DNA of 64,000 bases from Methanomassiliicoccaceae archaeon (GCA_040776945.1 JAXGZN010000002.1:384001-448000), one strand, 5' to 3'; counted from the stretch's first letter, positions 1 to 10,142 are shown. A program made the numbers and translations. The notes: a model not told the origin generated them from the letters alone.

Positions 1-145
1 GCTCCCAATCGCGGATGAATATTCCGATCCCCTCGAAATCGGTGGAGAATATCACCGTCGGCTCGGCGGCCTCGGAGGGCGCCGCCGGCATAAGCACGGC
101 TGTCATCACTGCTGCAAGGACAATGGCGGCGGTCGCGTTCCTCAT
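1..145 (-). CDS. N-terminal part of a secreted/surface protein (runs off the window)
   Basis: Manual translation from ATG at 145 gives MRNATAAIVLAAVMTAVLMPAAPSEAAEPTVIFSTDFEG..., a signal peptide followed by an 'F..DFEG' domain start; an AT-rich promoter-like tract lies at ~160-200. Confidence 0.7.
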   Translation of the reverse strand, partial: MRNATAAIVLAAVMTAVLMPAAPSEAAEPTVIFSTDFEGIGIFIRDWE

Positions 146-394
146 TCGCCCCACGGAGATATTTAGTTGAGTAGGAATTATTTAAAATCAACTATTATTA
201 TTCTCACCGTACGGTCCTTGTCGCTCGATGTAAGCTCGGTGGGCGCCCATGGCCCTTCAGCCATCGCCTCCCTGCCCCTCCTGTGCAAAAAGGCGGCCAT
301 CCTCATGTGCTGGCCCGCCGGCATCGAAAAGGACACCGGGCGAACGGTCGAGAACGCCGCGCGATAGAAGACGCGAGAAGCGCGCAGGCGATGC

Positions 395-643
395 TCACGC
401 CGTCGCGCTCTGGGCGATCGACGGTCTGGAGGCTCTGCTCATAAGCTCGTGGAAATGCTCCAGCGCGTATTGGTCGTTGATGCTCACGACGAGGACGTAC
501 TTGTCGCCCTCCATCCTTGCCCCCATGACCATGCCCAATGTGCGGCCGCCAACCTCGAACGGGCAGGACTCCTCGGCCATGAACCTCTCGTACATGGCCT
601 TAGTGACCTCGTCCTTGGAAGGAGGCGTAATATGCAGGATCAC
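395..643 (-). CDS. small hypothetical protein
   Basis: 3' part of ORF 395..748 reads like a natural protein (from GTG 643: ILHITPPSKDEVTKAMYERF...); an AT-rich TATA-like tract at ~645-700 lies just upstream; start uncertain. Confidence 0.5.
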   Translation of the reverse strand: MILHITPPSKDEVTKAMYERFMAEESCPFEVGGRTLGMVMGARMEGDKYVLVVSINDQYALEHFHELMSRASRPSIAQSATA

Positions 644-816
644 AAATTGATTATCTAACGAATAGTATAAATGCGATAGTATTCTAATTGCGATTATTGA
701 TAGCGACACTTGTCCCCGCGCCGGCCGCCGGCACGATAAGGGGCACATAGGCGGTCCGCCGTCCTGCGGACATATTTTAATCCTCCAATATCATAAGAAC
801 TGCCGGCGAGCAGGGG

Positions 817-2649
817 ATGACCGAGACATCTGTTCAAACAGCGGTCCTGAAGGACGGGGCATTGGCCTGGAGCGCCGACAGCAGTGCCTGCCTGGTCTAT
901 CCGGTCGGCAGGCAGAGGGCCCGCCTGCTTCTCGCCGCCGATCTCCTGGCCGGCTTCGCCGACCGCACCCTCGGCAACGCATCGCTCAGGCTCGCGACCG
1001 CCCTGGAAGGCTGGGAGAGGAGCAGAAGGCAGGCTGCTTCCGACCCCGCACTGACCGATAGGGAGAGAAGGAGCAAAGAGGCATCCATCGGAAAGGAGAC
1101 GGACAAGCTTAGAAAGGAGCTAGGCCAATTGGAAAGCTTCGACAAGGGCCGCTACCTGTACGAGGTGGCCAAGGCCACTCTATTAGAGGACTTCGAGTTC
1201 GGCCAGCTCACCAGCTTGGTGAGGAAGCACATCTCGGAGCGGGACGAGAGGGGGCAGAGCGAGCCGGCGGGCGAGGGGGCTGGGCCGGAGGGCGCTTGGA
1301 CCGCGGTCCAGGTGTCCCCTCAGGACAGGGACCTGCTGGAGGCGGTCCATGCAATCAAGGAGAGCTCGCCCGTATCCAAGGAGCTATTCCTGGAGAAGCG
1401 CATCCTGCCGGCGGCCTGGTTCTTGGAGTGGATGGTCCGCAACGAAGGCCTGGCCTTGGAGCTGGGCCGCTCGGAGCTCAAGGCGATGAAGGCCCTGGCC
1501 CCGCTGGAGAAGGACATGGGGCCCACGCTAATGACCTCTCACCGCGAGATCGTGCGCATGGCATGCGCTCTCCGGGCATTGAGCGGCGCCATGGACCTGG
1601 TCCAAGGAGCGAGGGGCGGGCCGGCGCGGCCGAGGCTGCGAAGCGATTACATCGCCTCCTTCCTACCCGCCTTCGCCGACTACCGCTCGCTGGCCGAGAG
1701 GTTCGACCGGGCCAAGGAAAAGGACCTCGCCGGCATCGTGGTAGTGGGCATGGGCGGCTCGGGCAAGACCACATTCCTTCGGAGATGCTACTCCCTGCTC
1801 CGCAGCGATCCCGAGAACCAAGGCCTCAGCGAGGAGATAGATCCCAAGAGCACCGCCTTCGTGGTCGGCCACATGTTCCGGGACATCACCGTGCCGATGT
1901 TCGACGGCAGGAAGGAGCTGACCCTATGCTGGATGGACACCGCCGGTTCGGAGGACTACCGCCTTCTGGGCCAGCAGCTTACGGCGTCCGTGCGAGAGCT
2001 GAGGAACAGGATGTTCCTGGGGAGACCGGCGGACTACAGCCTGCTGTTCATGTGGTCATATGAGCCCAGCTACGATCCTGGACGCGATGCCCAGGGTTTC
2101 GAGGACGTGCTCACTCGGTTCATGGAGGAGGTCGAGGACCTGGCCTATTATGACCTGGAGCTTCCCGGGAGGACGTACCTGCTTCTCAACAAGGCCGACG
2201 CGGCCGAAGGAAAGGGAACGGCCGAGCGGTTCGCGATCGAGCACGAGAGGCGGTTCCGGGCAGTGATGGAGAGGAAGGGCATGCCCGGGGAATGCCTAGG
2301 CTTCATATCAGTCCTCAACGGCTCGGACAAGGACATCGCGGACCGCTTCTCGGTCACCATGTTCGGTCTATCGGACCGTGAGTGGAAGAGCGCAACGGCA
2401 TCCGTCCGAGCGGGCATAAACCAGGGGATCATGGGAAACCTGCTCGATACGGAGGCCGCCATGCTGTTCAAGCGGGAGGTTTATGATCCGTGCTCAGGCC
2501 TCGGACAGGAGGAATATCTGAGAGAGACGGTCGCATGGATCGATAGGTACCTCCGGACGCCCGGCGGCGCGAACGTTTCGACGAGGGCGCTCCTAAGGAG
2601 CCTCAGGGCGTTCCTGAGCGGGGAGATGGATGGAGATGCGGTCGCTTAG
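817..2649 (+). CDS. 610-aa protein with a helical N-terminus and a Ras-superfamily-like small GTPase domain
   Basis: G1 GMGGSGKT, candidate G2 Thr (PKSTAF), G3 WMDTAGSEDY, G4 LLNKAD and G5-like FISVLNG, in canonical order. Confidence 0.8.
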   Translation: MTETSVQTAVLKDGALAWSADSSACLVYPVGRQRARLLLAADLLAGFADRTLGNASLRLATALEGWERSRRQAASDPALTDRERRSKEASIGKETDKLRKELGQLESFDKGRYLYEVAKATLLEDFEFGQLTSLVRKHISERDERGQSEPAGEGAGPEGAWTAVQVSPQDRDLLEAVHAIKESSPVSKELFLEKRILPAAWFLEWMVRNEGLALELGRSELKAMKALAPLEKDMGPTLMTSHREIVRMACALRALSGAMDLVQGARGGPARPRLRSDYIASFLPAFADYRSLAERFDRAKEKDLAGIVVVGMGGSGKTTFLRRCYSLLRSDPENQGLSEEIDPKSTAFVVGHMFRDITVPMFDGRKELTLCWMDTAGSEDYRLLGQQLTASVRELRNRMFLGRPADYSLLFMWSYEPSYDPGRDAQGFEDVLTRFMEEVEDLAYYDLELPGRTYLLLNKADAAEGKGTAERFAIEHERRFRAVMERKGMPGECLGFISVLNGSDKDIADRFSVTMFGLSDREWKSATASVRAGINQGIMGNLLDTEAAMLFKREVYDPCSGLGQEEYLRETVAWIDRYLRTPGGANVSTRALLRSLRAFLSGEMDGDAVA

Positions 2650-4894
2650 GGACCTCGACGCTGAGCTGGGCAGGCACAATCTCCTGTTCGCCCGGACGCC
2701 GGAAAAGGCACGATTGTGCCGACAGCTGTTGACCGGCAGCGTCCTGCTCCACGGATCGGGAGGGATGGGGAAGACAACCCTCATGCTCCATGCCCTGCGG
2801 GAGCTGGGAAGCATGGGAGGCGGCCTCCAAAGCGCCTCCCCGCCCGTCCCGGACGCTGGGCACTCATTCTACTTCGAGGACCTTAGCGCCTTCATCCGTT
2901 TCCTCGGGGTAAGGAAAAGACCGCTCACGGTGAACAGGGCCTCGATCGCCTTCAGATGGGACGAGGGCGGTGAGAGGAAGGAATCGACCATCACGCTCCG
3001 CGGACGGGGAGCATCGGTCCCCGAGGGCAAGGCCACGCCGATGGCGGCATCGTCACCGATCTTCCAGACCGACCGCCTGGTCGTCCGCTCCACGCTGGAG
3101 GCGGTCATAGGGCCGAGGTTCGACATGGAAGAGGTGGCAAAAAAGGCAGAGCCTACGCTGGCCCGCTTCTCCGAGACCCTGGGGCAGGCCATAGAGCAGG
3201 CAAGGAGAGGGAAAGGCAAGGATGCCATCCAGGGCGCGGGCGGGGGCGGGACCGGAAGGACTATGCCGGCGAGGATCGCAGGCGCCCTGGCCGCGGTCGT
3301 GGACGGCTCGGTCGGGGAGGGGAGCAGGGAGCGCGGCGTCGTCCTGAACTTCCTGGAGGAGGAGCTGGCAGCCCTCGTGGAAGAGTGCAACAGGGAGGTC
3401 TACCTCTCCGCGGCGTCTTTCCTCAGAGCGGAAGACGGACCTGTCCGGCGTTCGTCCCTCCGGGAGTTCGAGGATAGCCTGCTGGAGTTCCTGGACAACA
3501 GCAACCTCGATCGCCTTGTCCCCGGAGAGATGACCTTTTGGAGATGGTACATAGGGATCGATCACTTGGAGAGAGGGGTGCCCGGGTGGACCCTGGACAT
3601 CAAGAAGGAGGCGGTCCGCATGATCTATGAGAAACTGTCGGAGAAGGACGGCTTCCACGCGGTAATGGCCGTGGAGCCCAATCCCGCCCTGATCTTCGGG
3701 CACATGGGGCCAGGAGAGGTCAGGTCCGACAGGGAAGGCGCGGCCATCTCCTCTATGGAGGTCATCATGCCTCCCAAAGACGACCTCGTGCGCGAGAGCT
3801 CCAACTTCATTGTCGAGAACGTCGATGACCTCGGCGGCCTGCGGAAGGCCGATGTGCAGAAGGTGATGGCGGACCTCTACGACCACTGCAGAGGGCGGAT
3901 CAGGCTATACTATCTGGTGCGCAGCATCAAGAACCTTCCCGCGCTGCAAGCGCAGGGGATGGAGCAGGTAGAGCCGGACGCGTCGTTCCTGGACCGGCAG
4001 CTGGGGGATGCCCTGGGCCAGCTGGGCATGCGCTATGAGTACGATATCAGCATCAAGAACCTGCCGGCGGTGCAGCCCCTGTTGGAACTGGCGAGGATGA
4101 GGGAGCGGTCGGCCGCGGAGAGCGCCCCGCAGATATCCAGGAACGTGATGTCCTGGCTCCTGGACGTCCACCAGGTAGGCCCGGCGGTGGGGGCCGGCAG
4201 ATACCTGGCCGCCATGGAGGCCTATGGCGTCCTGAAGGTCGACGGGGACCGCATCGGGTTCTTCGACCCCTATGTGGAGTGGGAGATGCGTTCTTTGGCC
4301 AGGTCTGCGGACCATGGGGACCCTCCTCTGGCGATAGCCTTCCGTTCGGTCGACCGGCTGAACCGCTTCCTTTCCGTCGTGGACGAGGCAGACGTCCTGG
4401 CCCTCTCCAGCTACATCTCGGCGTCGCTCTCGAAATGGTCGGCCACGTCCAGGACCGATCCCGGGATATATGCCTCTCTGGTCTCCGCTCTGGAGGGCGG
4501 AGGGGACTTTCCCGACCGCAGGAGAAAGCTCGCTGCCTTGGCGGCCAGCGCCGTCCTCGGCGGCGTGCCCTTCCCCTCGGTCGACCTAGAGGGCCGCCGC
4601 CGGCAGATCATCGCTGAGCTGCTGAGGGGAGCGGTCAACGGCAGCGACCCGCGGCTGGCCTCGCTGGCCTCCCGGGCCGCGAGGAAGATGACCGAGCTGG
4701 CGGGGGCCAAGGGATGCGTGCTCTGCGGTGCTCACTTAGAGGACGGCCAGGTCATTTGCGCTTCCTGCGGAGCGGACTACCGGGACATATGCCCGTCCTG
4801 CGGAGAGAGTCTGGCCCCTCACTTCGCATACTGCGCCGGCTGCGGGGCCGAGGCGCCCCGGGACCGGACGGCCCGCCAGGGGACCGAGCTCTGA
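2630..4894 (+). CDS. P-loop ATPase (archaeal/STAND-like) with winged-helix region and C-terminal double zinc ribbon
   Basis: Walker A VLLHGSGGMGKTT; Walker B-like YIGIDHLE; GxP-like YDHCRGRIRL; wHTH-like YGVLKVDGDRIGFFDPYVEW; C-terminal CVLC..CASC..CPSC..CAGC; overlaps the upstream stop. Confidence 0.75.
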   Translation: MEMRSLRDLDAELGRHNLLFARTPEKARLCRQLLTGSVLLHGSGGMGKTTLMLHALRELGSMGGGLQSASPPVPDAGHSFYFEDLSAFIRFLGVRKRPLTVNRASIAFRWDEGGERKESTITLRGRGASVPEGKATPMAASSPIFQTDRLVVRSTLEAVIGPRFDMEEVAKKAEPTLARFSETLGQAIEQARRGKGKDAIQGAGGGGTGRTMPARIAGALAAVVDGSVGEGSRERGVVLNFLEEELAALVEECNREVYLSAASFLRAEDGPVRRSSLREFEDSLLEFLDNSNLDRLVPGEMTFWRWYIGIDHLERGVPGWTLDIKKEAVRMIYEKLSEKDGFHAVMAVEPNPALIFGHMGPGEVRSDREGAAISSMEVIMPPKDDLVRESSNFIVENVDDLGGLRKADVQKVMADLYDHCRGRIRLYYLVRSIKNLPALQAQGMEQVEPDASFLDRQLGDALGQLGMRYEYDISIKNLPAVQPLLELARMRERSAAESAPQISRNVMSWLLDVHQVGPAVGAGRYLAAMEAYGVLKVDGDRIGFFDPYVEWEMRSLARSADHGDPPLAIAFRSVDRLNRFLSVVDEADVLALSSYISASLSKWSATSRTDPGIYASLVSALEGGGDFPDRRRKLAALAASAVLGGVPFPSVDLEGRRRQIIAELLRGAVNGSDPRLASLASRAARKMTELAGAKGCVLCGAHLEDGQVICASCGADYRDICPSCGESLAPHFAYCAGCGAEAPRDRTARQGTEL

Positions 4895-4971
4895 CCGACG
4901 GCGGTGCGGGAGGACGGCGGACCGCCGATGCAGTCGCCTCTAAAGGAACGAAGGTCGAGATATTAGGATTC

Positions 4972-5010
4972 GGAAGAAAAGGATAAAAGAGAAGAGGGGG
5001 CGGCGCCCCG
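4972..5010 (-). terminator. putative terminator (short GC hairpin plus pyrimidine/U-rich run)
   Basis: Minus strand reads cggggcgccgccccctcttctcttttatccttttcttcc just after the stop of the 578-aa gene. Confidence 0.45.
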
Positions 5011-5017
5011 TTGCTCC

Positions 5018-6754
5018 CTACTTCCTGCGCCTGATCAGCAGGAACGCTCCGGCCGCGGCCGCAAGCACGATCGCGGCGATCCCGATCATTACCAGCGGGT
5101 CGGTGAAGAACGAGCCTGGGCCGCTGCTTCCGACGGAGAAGGTCTTCGAGCTGACGAGGACGTTCCCGTCCGAATCGGTGGCCTTGATGGTCAGGGTATG
5201 CTCGCCCGTCTTGAGGCCGGCGAAGGCCACCGACCTGCCGGACGGGTCCATGCTCACCATCTCGCCGTCGTCGAGCGAGTATTGCAGGCCGACCAAGGTC
5301 GCGCTGTCAAGGGCAACTGTGAAGTTGACCGTCACGTCCCCGTTGGGGGTTATCGACACATCATTGAACGTGATCCCCGGGGTCCCGTGGGAAAGGGTGA
5401 TCGCCGCGCTCTTGATGCTCTCCACGTTTCCGGCCAGGTCGGTCGCGTAATACTCGATGGTGTAGCTGCCGTCCCTGGCGAAGCCAACACCTGAGGAGTA
5501 CTCGTTCCAAGCGCCGCCGTTCACCCGGTAGTAGATGGCCTTGACCCCGGAGACAGCGTCGGTCGCACTTAGGGTGAAGGAAACGGACCCCTCGTAGCTG
5601 GTGCCGTTCCCGTTGCCGGAGAAGGCGATGGTAGATGCCGGCCTGGTGAGATCGATGGTGGTCGTAGCGTCCGCCGCGTTCCGCGCCGGCTCGATAACAT
5701 CGAGGTTGTCCGTGCCTCGAGTGAAGAACTCATAGGCACCCTCGCGGGGCGCGGTGAACTGGATGGTACGGGTGGTGTTGGGGAACTTCCCATCCGGCCT
5801 CAGGGATGTCTCGTACTTGATCCAGTTCCCGGTCCCGTCGATTCGGTAGTAGAGGTCGATCCACTTCATTCCCACCTGGGGATCGTTGTTCGTCCAGTTG
5901 ACGTTAAAGGTCAGGTTGTTCTGGTAAGCATCAAGGTAGTCCACGGCCGTGACCAGGTTCTCCGAGGGGAGCAGGTCGGTCCCGACCACGGTGATATCGT
6001 CGAGGAACACGCCCTTCCTCATCCCTCCGTTCACCATGTTGACGAACGGAGCCGGGCTGCTCGCGTCGCCCCCCGCCGGAGCGACGGTCCCGGACACGAA
6101 CTCGAAACCGACCCAGGTCGAGTTGCTGGGAATTACAATGGACTTCTGGATCCACCTCATGCTCCCCGCCTCCGCCTCGGTATCGGTCCATGCCACGTGC
6201 TTCACGCGGTTGTCGCCGGTCCCGGTGAAGTAGATGAGGTTGAGGAAGTCGTACCCCACGCTCTCGCCGGTCAAGGGCTGCTTGGCGTCCGAGGCCCCGG
6301 TGTCGGACCAGAACCAGAAGTTCACGGTCACGGTCCCATAGTATCTCGCCTGGGAGTTGAGCTGCTTCCGCATCACCGCGTCCATCCCGGTGTCGTAGCG
6401 GAGCACATGGCTCTTCTGAGTGGGATCGCTCGAAGCGGTCACATTGACGTTCTCCACCTGGGTCCCGTTGGCGTAGTAATGGGAGTTGAACCCGTTCTTG
6501 GCGCAATAGATCGAGAAGGTCCCGCTGTGGACCTCATGCTTGGTCCTGCACCAAGTATCATAATCGTTGGCGGTGTTGGCGTCATAACGGTCCCATTGCG
6601 CGGCCCAGAGGTTGAAGGACCCTTCTTCCGCGCCTTCGGAGATGAACGTCTGCTCGGACGGCAAGGCCGCGCTCACCCCATGAGGGATGGCCGTGACCAG
6701 CGTCGTCGCGCACAATAGAAATGCAATGGCTATGCTGAACCAGGAGCTTTTCAC
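5018..6754 (-). CDS. secreted, C-terminally membrane-anchored surface protein with Ig-like/OmpL47-type beta domains
   Basis: Signal peptide; FTLSATDAVSGVKAIYYRVNGGAW...YYATDLAGNVE motif; C-terminal TM helix followed by RRRK. Confidence 0.85.
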   Translation of the reverse strand: MKSSWFSIAIAFLLCATTLVTAIPHGVSAALPSEQTFISEGAEEGSFNLWAAQWDRYDANTANDYDTWCRTKHEVHSGTFSIYCAKNGFNSHYYANGTQVENVNVTASSDPTQKSHVLRYDTGMDAVMRKQLNSQARYYGTVTVNFWFWSDTGASDAKQPLTGESVGYDFLNLIYFTGTGDNRVKHVAWTDTEAEAGSMRWIQKSIVIPSNSTWVGFEFVSGTVAPAGGDASSPAPFVNMVNGGMRKGVFLDDITVVGTDLLPSENLVTAVDYLDAYQNNLTFNVNWTNNDPQVGMKWIDLYYRIDGTGNWIKYETSLRPDGKFPNTTRTIQFTAPREGAYEFFTRGTDNLDVIEPARNAADATTTIDLTRPASTIAFSGNGNGTSYEGSVSFTLSATDAVSGVKAIYYRVNGGAWNEYSSGVGFARDGSYTIEYYATDLAGNVESIKSAAITLSHGTPGITFNDVSITPNGDVTVNFTVALDSATLVGLQYSLDDGEMVSMDPSGRSVAFAGLKTGEHTLTIKATDSDGNVLVSSKTFSVGSSGPGSFFTDPLVMIGIAAIVLAAAAGAFLLIRRRK

Positions 6755-6977
6755 GCCGGGCGATTGAAAATATCTCCGTATAAATCTTGCTCCTTGATTG
6801 GTACGTTGGTGTGCTTAACGACCAATAGGGGGCACCTGCTCGACCGGTCCGCGGCAGCGTGCTGATGGACGGCGAGGGGCGGTCCGCAGCGTCCATTTCC
6901 CAGCGTCTTCTTGGTGTTAAGGAATTGATATGCAAGGGGAACCATTCATAATGGGGCACGTGATGAGGTAGAGACCG

Positions 6978-9446
6978 ATGGTCGAGGCCAATGACCGACC
7001 GAGCTGCGGTCCAGCGGTCGACAATTCGCTGCATGAGGACATCAAGGCGCAGATAGAGGAGGGGCTTGACCGCTCAGGCTTTTTAATATTCGTTCTGAGC
7101 AGTGAGATGAGGATAGAGTTCATCAGCAGATCGGCGGCGGCCTTCATGGGAAGGCGGCCTGAGGACGTGATCGGCCGCACGCCCGGGGACCTCGGTCTTC
7201 CGGTGCAATTGCATGAGTCCATCAAGCGGCTGGTCAACGAGGCGCTGACCTCCAAAAAGGTCCTGAGAGGAACATACGTGGCGAGCTTGAGGGAGATCAA
7301 GCAGTTCGAGTATGAGATCTCGCCAATCTTCGCCGGGGGCCCCAGGCCGAAGGCCGTCCTCGCCTTTGTCTATGACCGCACCGCCCAGGCATTGGAGAGG
7401 AAGGTGCTGGAAGCCATCGTCAAGGTGAACGACATAGTGAGGCCGTCCCTTGGTTCGGATGACCTTGTGAAAAGGACCGTACGCGCTTTGTCAGGCTCGC
7501 TTAACGACGACGCCTTCGCCCTGGTGATAGATGACAACGGAACTTGGAGGGTCGACCACTCGTTCGACCTACCTCCGGAGGAGATGAGCTCCTTGGAGAA
7601 CAGCATGGTCTGCTTGATCTCCGGCCTGATCGGCGGGAACGCGCCCGTGTCGATAGGCGACATTTCGCGCGATCCCCGGGTTCCGAGCGAAATCGCCCAC
7701 AGGACCGGGGCCGGCCCCCTTCTTGTGATCCCGGTGGAACTGGCCCACGGCGTGAAGATCGCCCTGCTGTTCTTCCGCTTCGATGATCGGCCGTTCGGCA
7801 GCATCGAGATGGACCTGGGGGAGAAGATGGCGTCCTCGGTCGCCGTGGCCATCACCGACATGCTGATGGTCCGGGACCTCAGGGCCGCCGATCTGGAAAA
7901 GGAGAGCATGCTGGTCCGCCTGTCCAAGGAAAGGGAGAACCTGGCAGCCATCTTCGAGGCCAACCCGTTGGCCCTGGCCCTGTTCCAACGGGACGGGGAG
8001 AACCTTCGGCTGGCGCTATGCAGCAAGATATTCCGGGACGATACGTACGGGGCCGTGCCCCACCCCCTCGAGGGAAAGCGGATGGAGGAGCTTGGCATCC
8101 CCGAGGAGACCGCCTATCTGCGGAAGATGGCGGAAGCGGCCCTGAGGACCGGCCAGACCCAGGTGTCCGAGGAACATGTCCACCATACTGGACGGGAACA
8201 GTTCCCAACGAAGATAATGATGGCCCCGATCTCCCGGCAGCCCGACACGGTCCTCATGGCCGGCGTGAGCATATCGGACCTGGTCAACGCCAAAAAGCAG
8301 CTGGAGGAGTACGCCACCCGGATAGAGGCGGAGCGTGTGCGGCTCCGCACGATAATCGACACCTTGCCGGTCGGGGTCGTGCTGGTCGATGCCTCCGGCA
8401 AGGTCATCGAGACGAACAGCACCAGAAGGGCCGAGATCTGGGGCACCTCGCCCAAGGACCGGGCCTTGGCCAACATCTATCCGTCAAGGGCGAGATGGTC
8501 CAACACCGGCATGTCCGTGGCCAAGGACGAGTGGCCTATCGCACGGGCCTTGAGGAAGGGGGAATGCGTCAAAGGCGAAATGATCGATATAACCAGGTTC
8601 GACGGCAAGCGGGGCACGGAGCTGATATCGGCCGCCCCCATCCACGATGCCTCGGGCAAGCGCATCGGGGCCGTAGGAATCATGCAGGACATAACCGAGC
8701 AGAGGCAATTGGAACAGGACGCCGTGGAAGCGAAGGAACGTGCGGAAACGTTCCTCGACCTGCTCACCCATGATGTCCAAGGGCACAACGCGGCCATATC
8801 CGGGTACATCCAGATGGCCCTGTCCAAGGACAAGCAGGGTAAGCGGAAGGACGACCTACAAAAGGCCTTGGAGGCCATCAAGGCGTCCACCGAACTGATC
8901 GATACCGTGCGGAAGATACAGATGGTGGAGACGCACGATACCGCACACGGCCACATAGAGCTGTCCTCGACATTGGAAGATGTGGCCTCCGAGATAACGG
9001 CGGTCGGAGGGAAGAGGGTCCACATCGAGATGAGCACCAAGCCGGACAGCTTCATACTGGCATCGCCCATGATCCGGGAGGTCTTCATGAACCTGCTCAT
9101 CAACTCGGTCAGGCACTCCGAGGAGGAGGTCCATATAACGGTGAGGCAGAACCGCATCTATGACGGCGGGCGGGAATATCACAAGTTCATCATCGAGGAC
9201 GACGGGCCGGGCATACCGGACGATGTCAAGCCGAGCATCTTCCTGCGCAAGTATCGCGGCCGGACCAAGGCCAAGGGCAGCGGCCTCGGACTGTACCTCA
9301 CAAAAAGGCTGGTGGAGGAGCATGGAGGGAAGATATGGATGGAGGACCGCGTGCCCGGAAACCATGCCAAGGGAGTAAGGTTCATCGTCCACCTCCCGAC
9401 CGTGTCCATGCCCTCCGTCCACGCGACAGGCACCGAGCACGCATGA
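6978..9446 (+). CDS. cytoplasmic PAS/GAF/PAS sensor histidine kinase
   Basis: H-box LLTHDVQG, N-box NLLINSVRH, G1 EDDGPGI, G2 GSGLGLY; PAS/PAC motifs (AVGIMQDITEQRQLE); no TM segment. Confidence 0.93.
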   Translation: MVEANDRPSCGPAVDNSLHEDIKAQIEEGLDRSGFLIFVLSSEMRIEFISRSAAAFMGRRPEDVIGRTPGDLGLPVQLHESIKRLVNEALTSKKVLRGTYVASLREIKQFEYEISPIFAGGPRPKAVLAFVYDRTAQALERKVLEAIVKVNDIVRPSLGSDDLVKRTVRALSGSLNDDAFALVIDDNGTWRVDHSFDLPPEEMSSLENSMVCLISGLIGGNAPVSIGDISRDPRVPSEIAHRTGAGPLLVIPVELAHGVKIALLFFRFDDRPFGSIEMDLGEKMASSVAVAITDMLMVRDLRAADLEKESMLVRLSKERENLAAIFEANPLALALFQRDGENLRLALCSKIFRDDTYGAVPHPLEGKRMEELGIPEETAYLRKMAEAALRTGQTQVSEEHVHHTGREQFPTKIMMAPISRQPDTVLMAGVSISDLVNAKKQLEEYATRIEAERVRLRTIIDTLPVGVVLVDASGKVIETNSTRRAEIWGTSPKDRALANIYPSRARWSNTGMSVAKDEWPIARALRKGECVKGEMIDITRFDGKRGTELISAAPIHDASGKRIGAVGIMQDITEQRQLEQDAVEAKERAETFLDLLTHDVQGHNAAISGYIQMALSKDKQGKRKDDLQKALEAIKASTELIDTVRKIQMVETHDTAHGHIELSSTLEDVASEITAVGGKRVHIEMSTKPDSFILASPMIREVFMNLLINSVRHSEEEVHITVRQNRIYDGGREYHKFIIEDDGPGIPDDVKPSIFLRKYRGRTKAKGSGLGLYLTKRLVEEHGGKIWMEDRVPGNHAKGVRFIVHLPTVSMPSVHATGTEHA

Positions 9447-9525
9447 GCGGCGGACCTCGCGCCCCACCGTGCCGAAGGTTATCATGTTTATATCCTGAAT
9501 ACGCCTTCGCATGGACGGTGCAAGG

Positions 9526-9780
9526 ATGCTGAGGGAGTCGCGTTTTTTTAGGGCCTTCGTCCTTACCGCGTGGTTCTATACCTTCCTGCTATGGTCGTAC
9601 ATCGCGGTCAGGATCATAACGTACGATTACATCGTATTTGACCCGTTCATATGGTCGATACCTTGGCTGTCCTTCGGGCAGCTGGGCGCGATGGCGTTCA
9701 TCGCCAGCTCGGTGCTCATGTTCACGTACCTCTATCTCTGGGGGTTTGGAAGGACTTGGCGGCCCGGCACCGGCCATTGA
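9526..9780 (+). CDS. small two-helix membrane protein
   Basis: Two hydrophobic, aromatic-rich segments; TATA-like tttata at ~9487. Confidence 0.7.
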   Translation: MLRESRFFRAFVLTAWFYTFLLWSYIAVRIITYDYIVFDPFIWSIPWLSFGQLGAMAFIASSVLMFTYLYLWGFGRTWRPGTGH

Positions 9781-10142
9781 CCCGCCGGGAGCTGAGAGGT
9801 CGAAAAAGATGACCCATCTACCGCGGTAACGTCCCCTTCCCTCTCCGTCCAGCCAACCATAGGATCAAGGCAGGCAGGACCTATAGTTGCGCATATACGG
9901 CAGCATCGGAAGGGGCATCTGAAGCTCCGGATCCCTGCCGCCGCCCATAAGAACTGGGTTGAAGGGCCCCGACCTCCCCTGCAGGGTCCCTCCAACGTTG
10001 AGATCGAAGGTCCAACGGCCCCCACCGCCGGGATGGGCATAGGCGCCACCAGGCCATCTCTTCTTCTGCGCTTCCGCAGCACCTATCGCGCCAGATGACC
10101 TAATGGTTCTAGAAGCATGCCTCGGCTTCTGCGTCAAGGCGG

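Noticed and set aside
2647-2664. Pyrrolysine readthrough of TAG stops (GTPase gene; also the gene ending at 10808)
   Set aside because: Readthrough meets another stop shortly after and does not fuse in frame to the next gene
9786-9840. GGGAGCTGAGAGGTC...GACCC resembles the 5' half of a TPP riboswitch
   Set aside because: The 3' ACCTGAT...GCG.AGGGA elements are missing and no thiamine gene follows; more likely a short terminator hairpin
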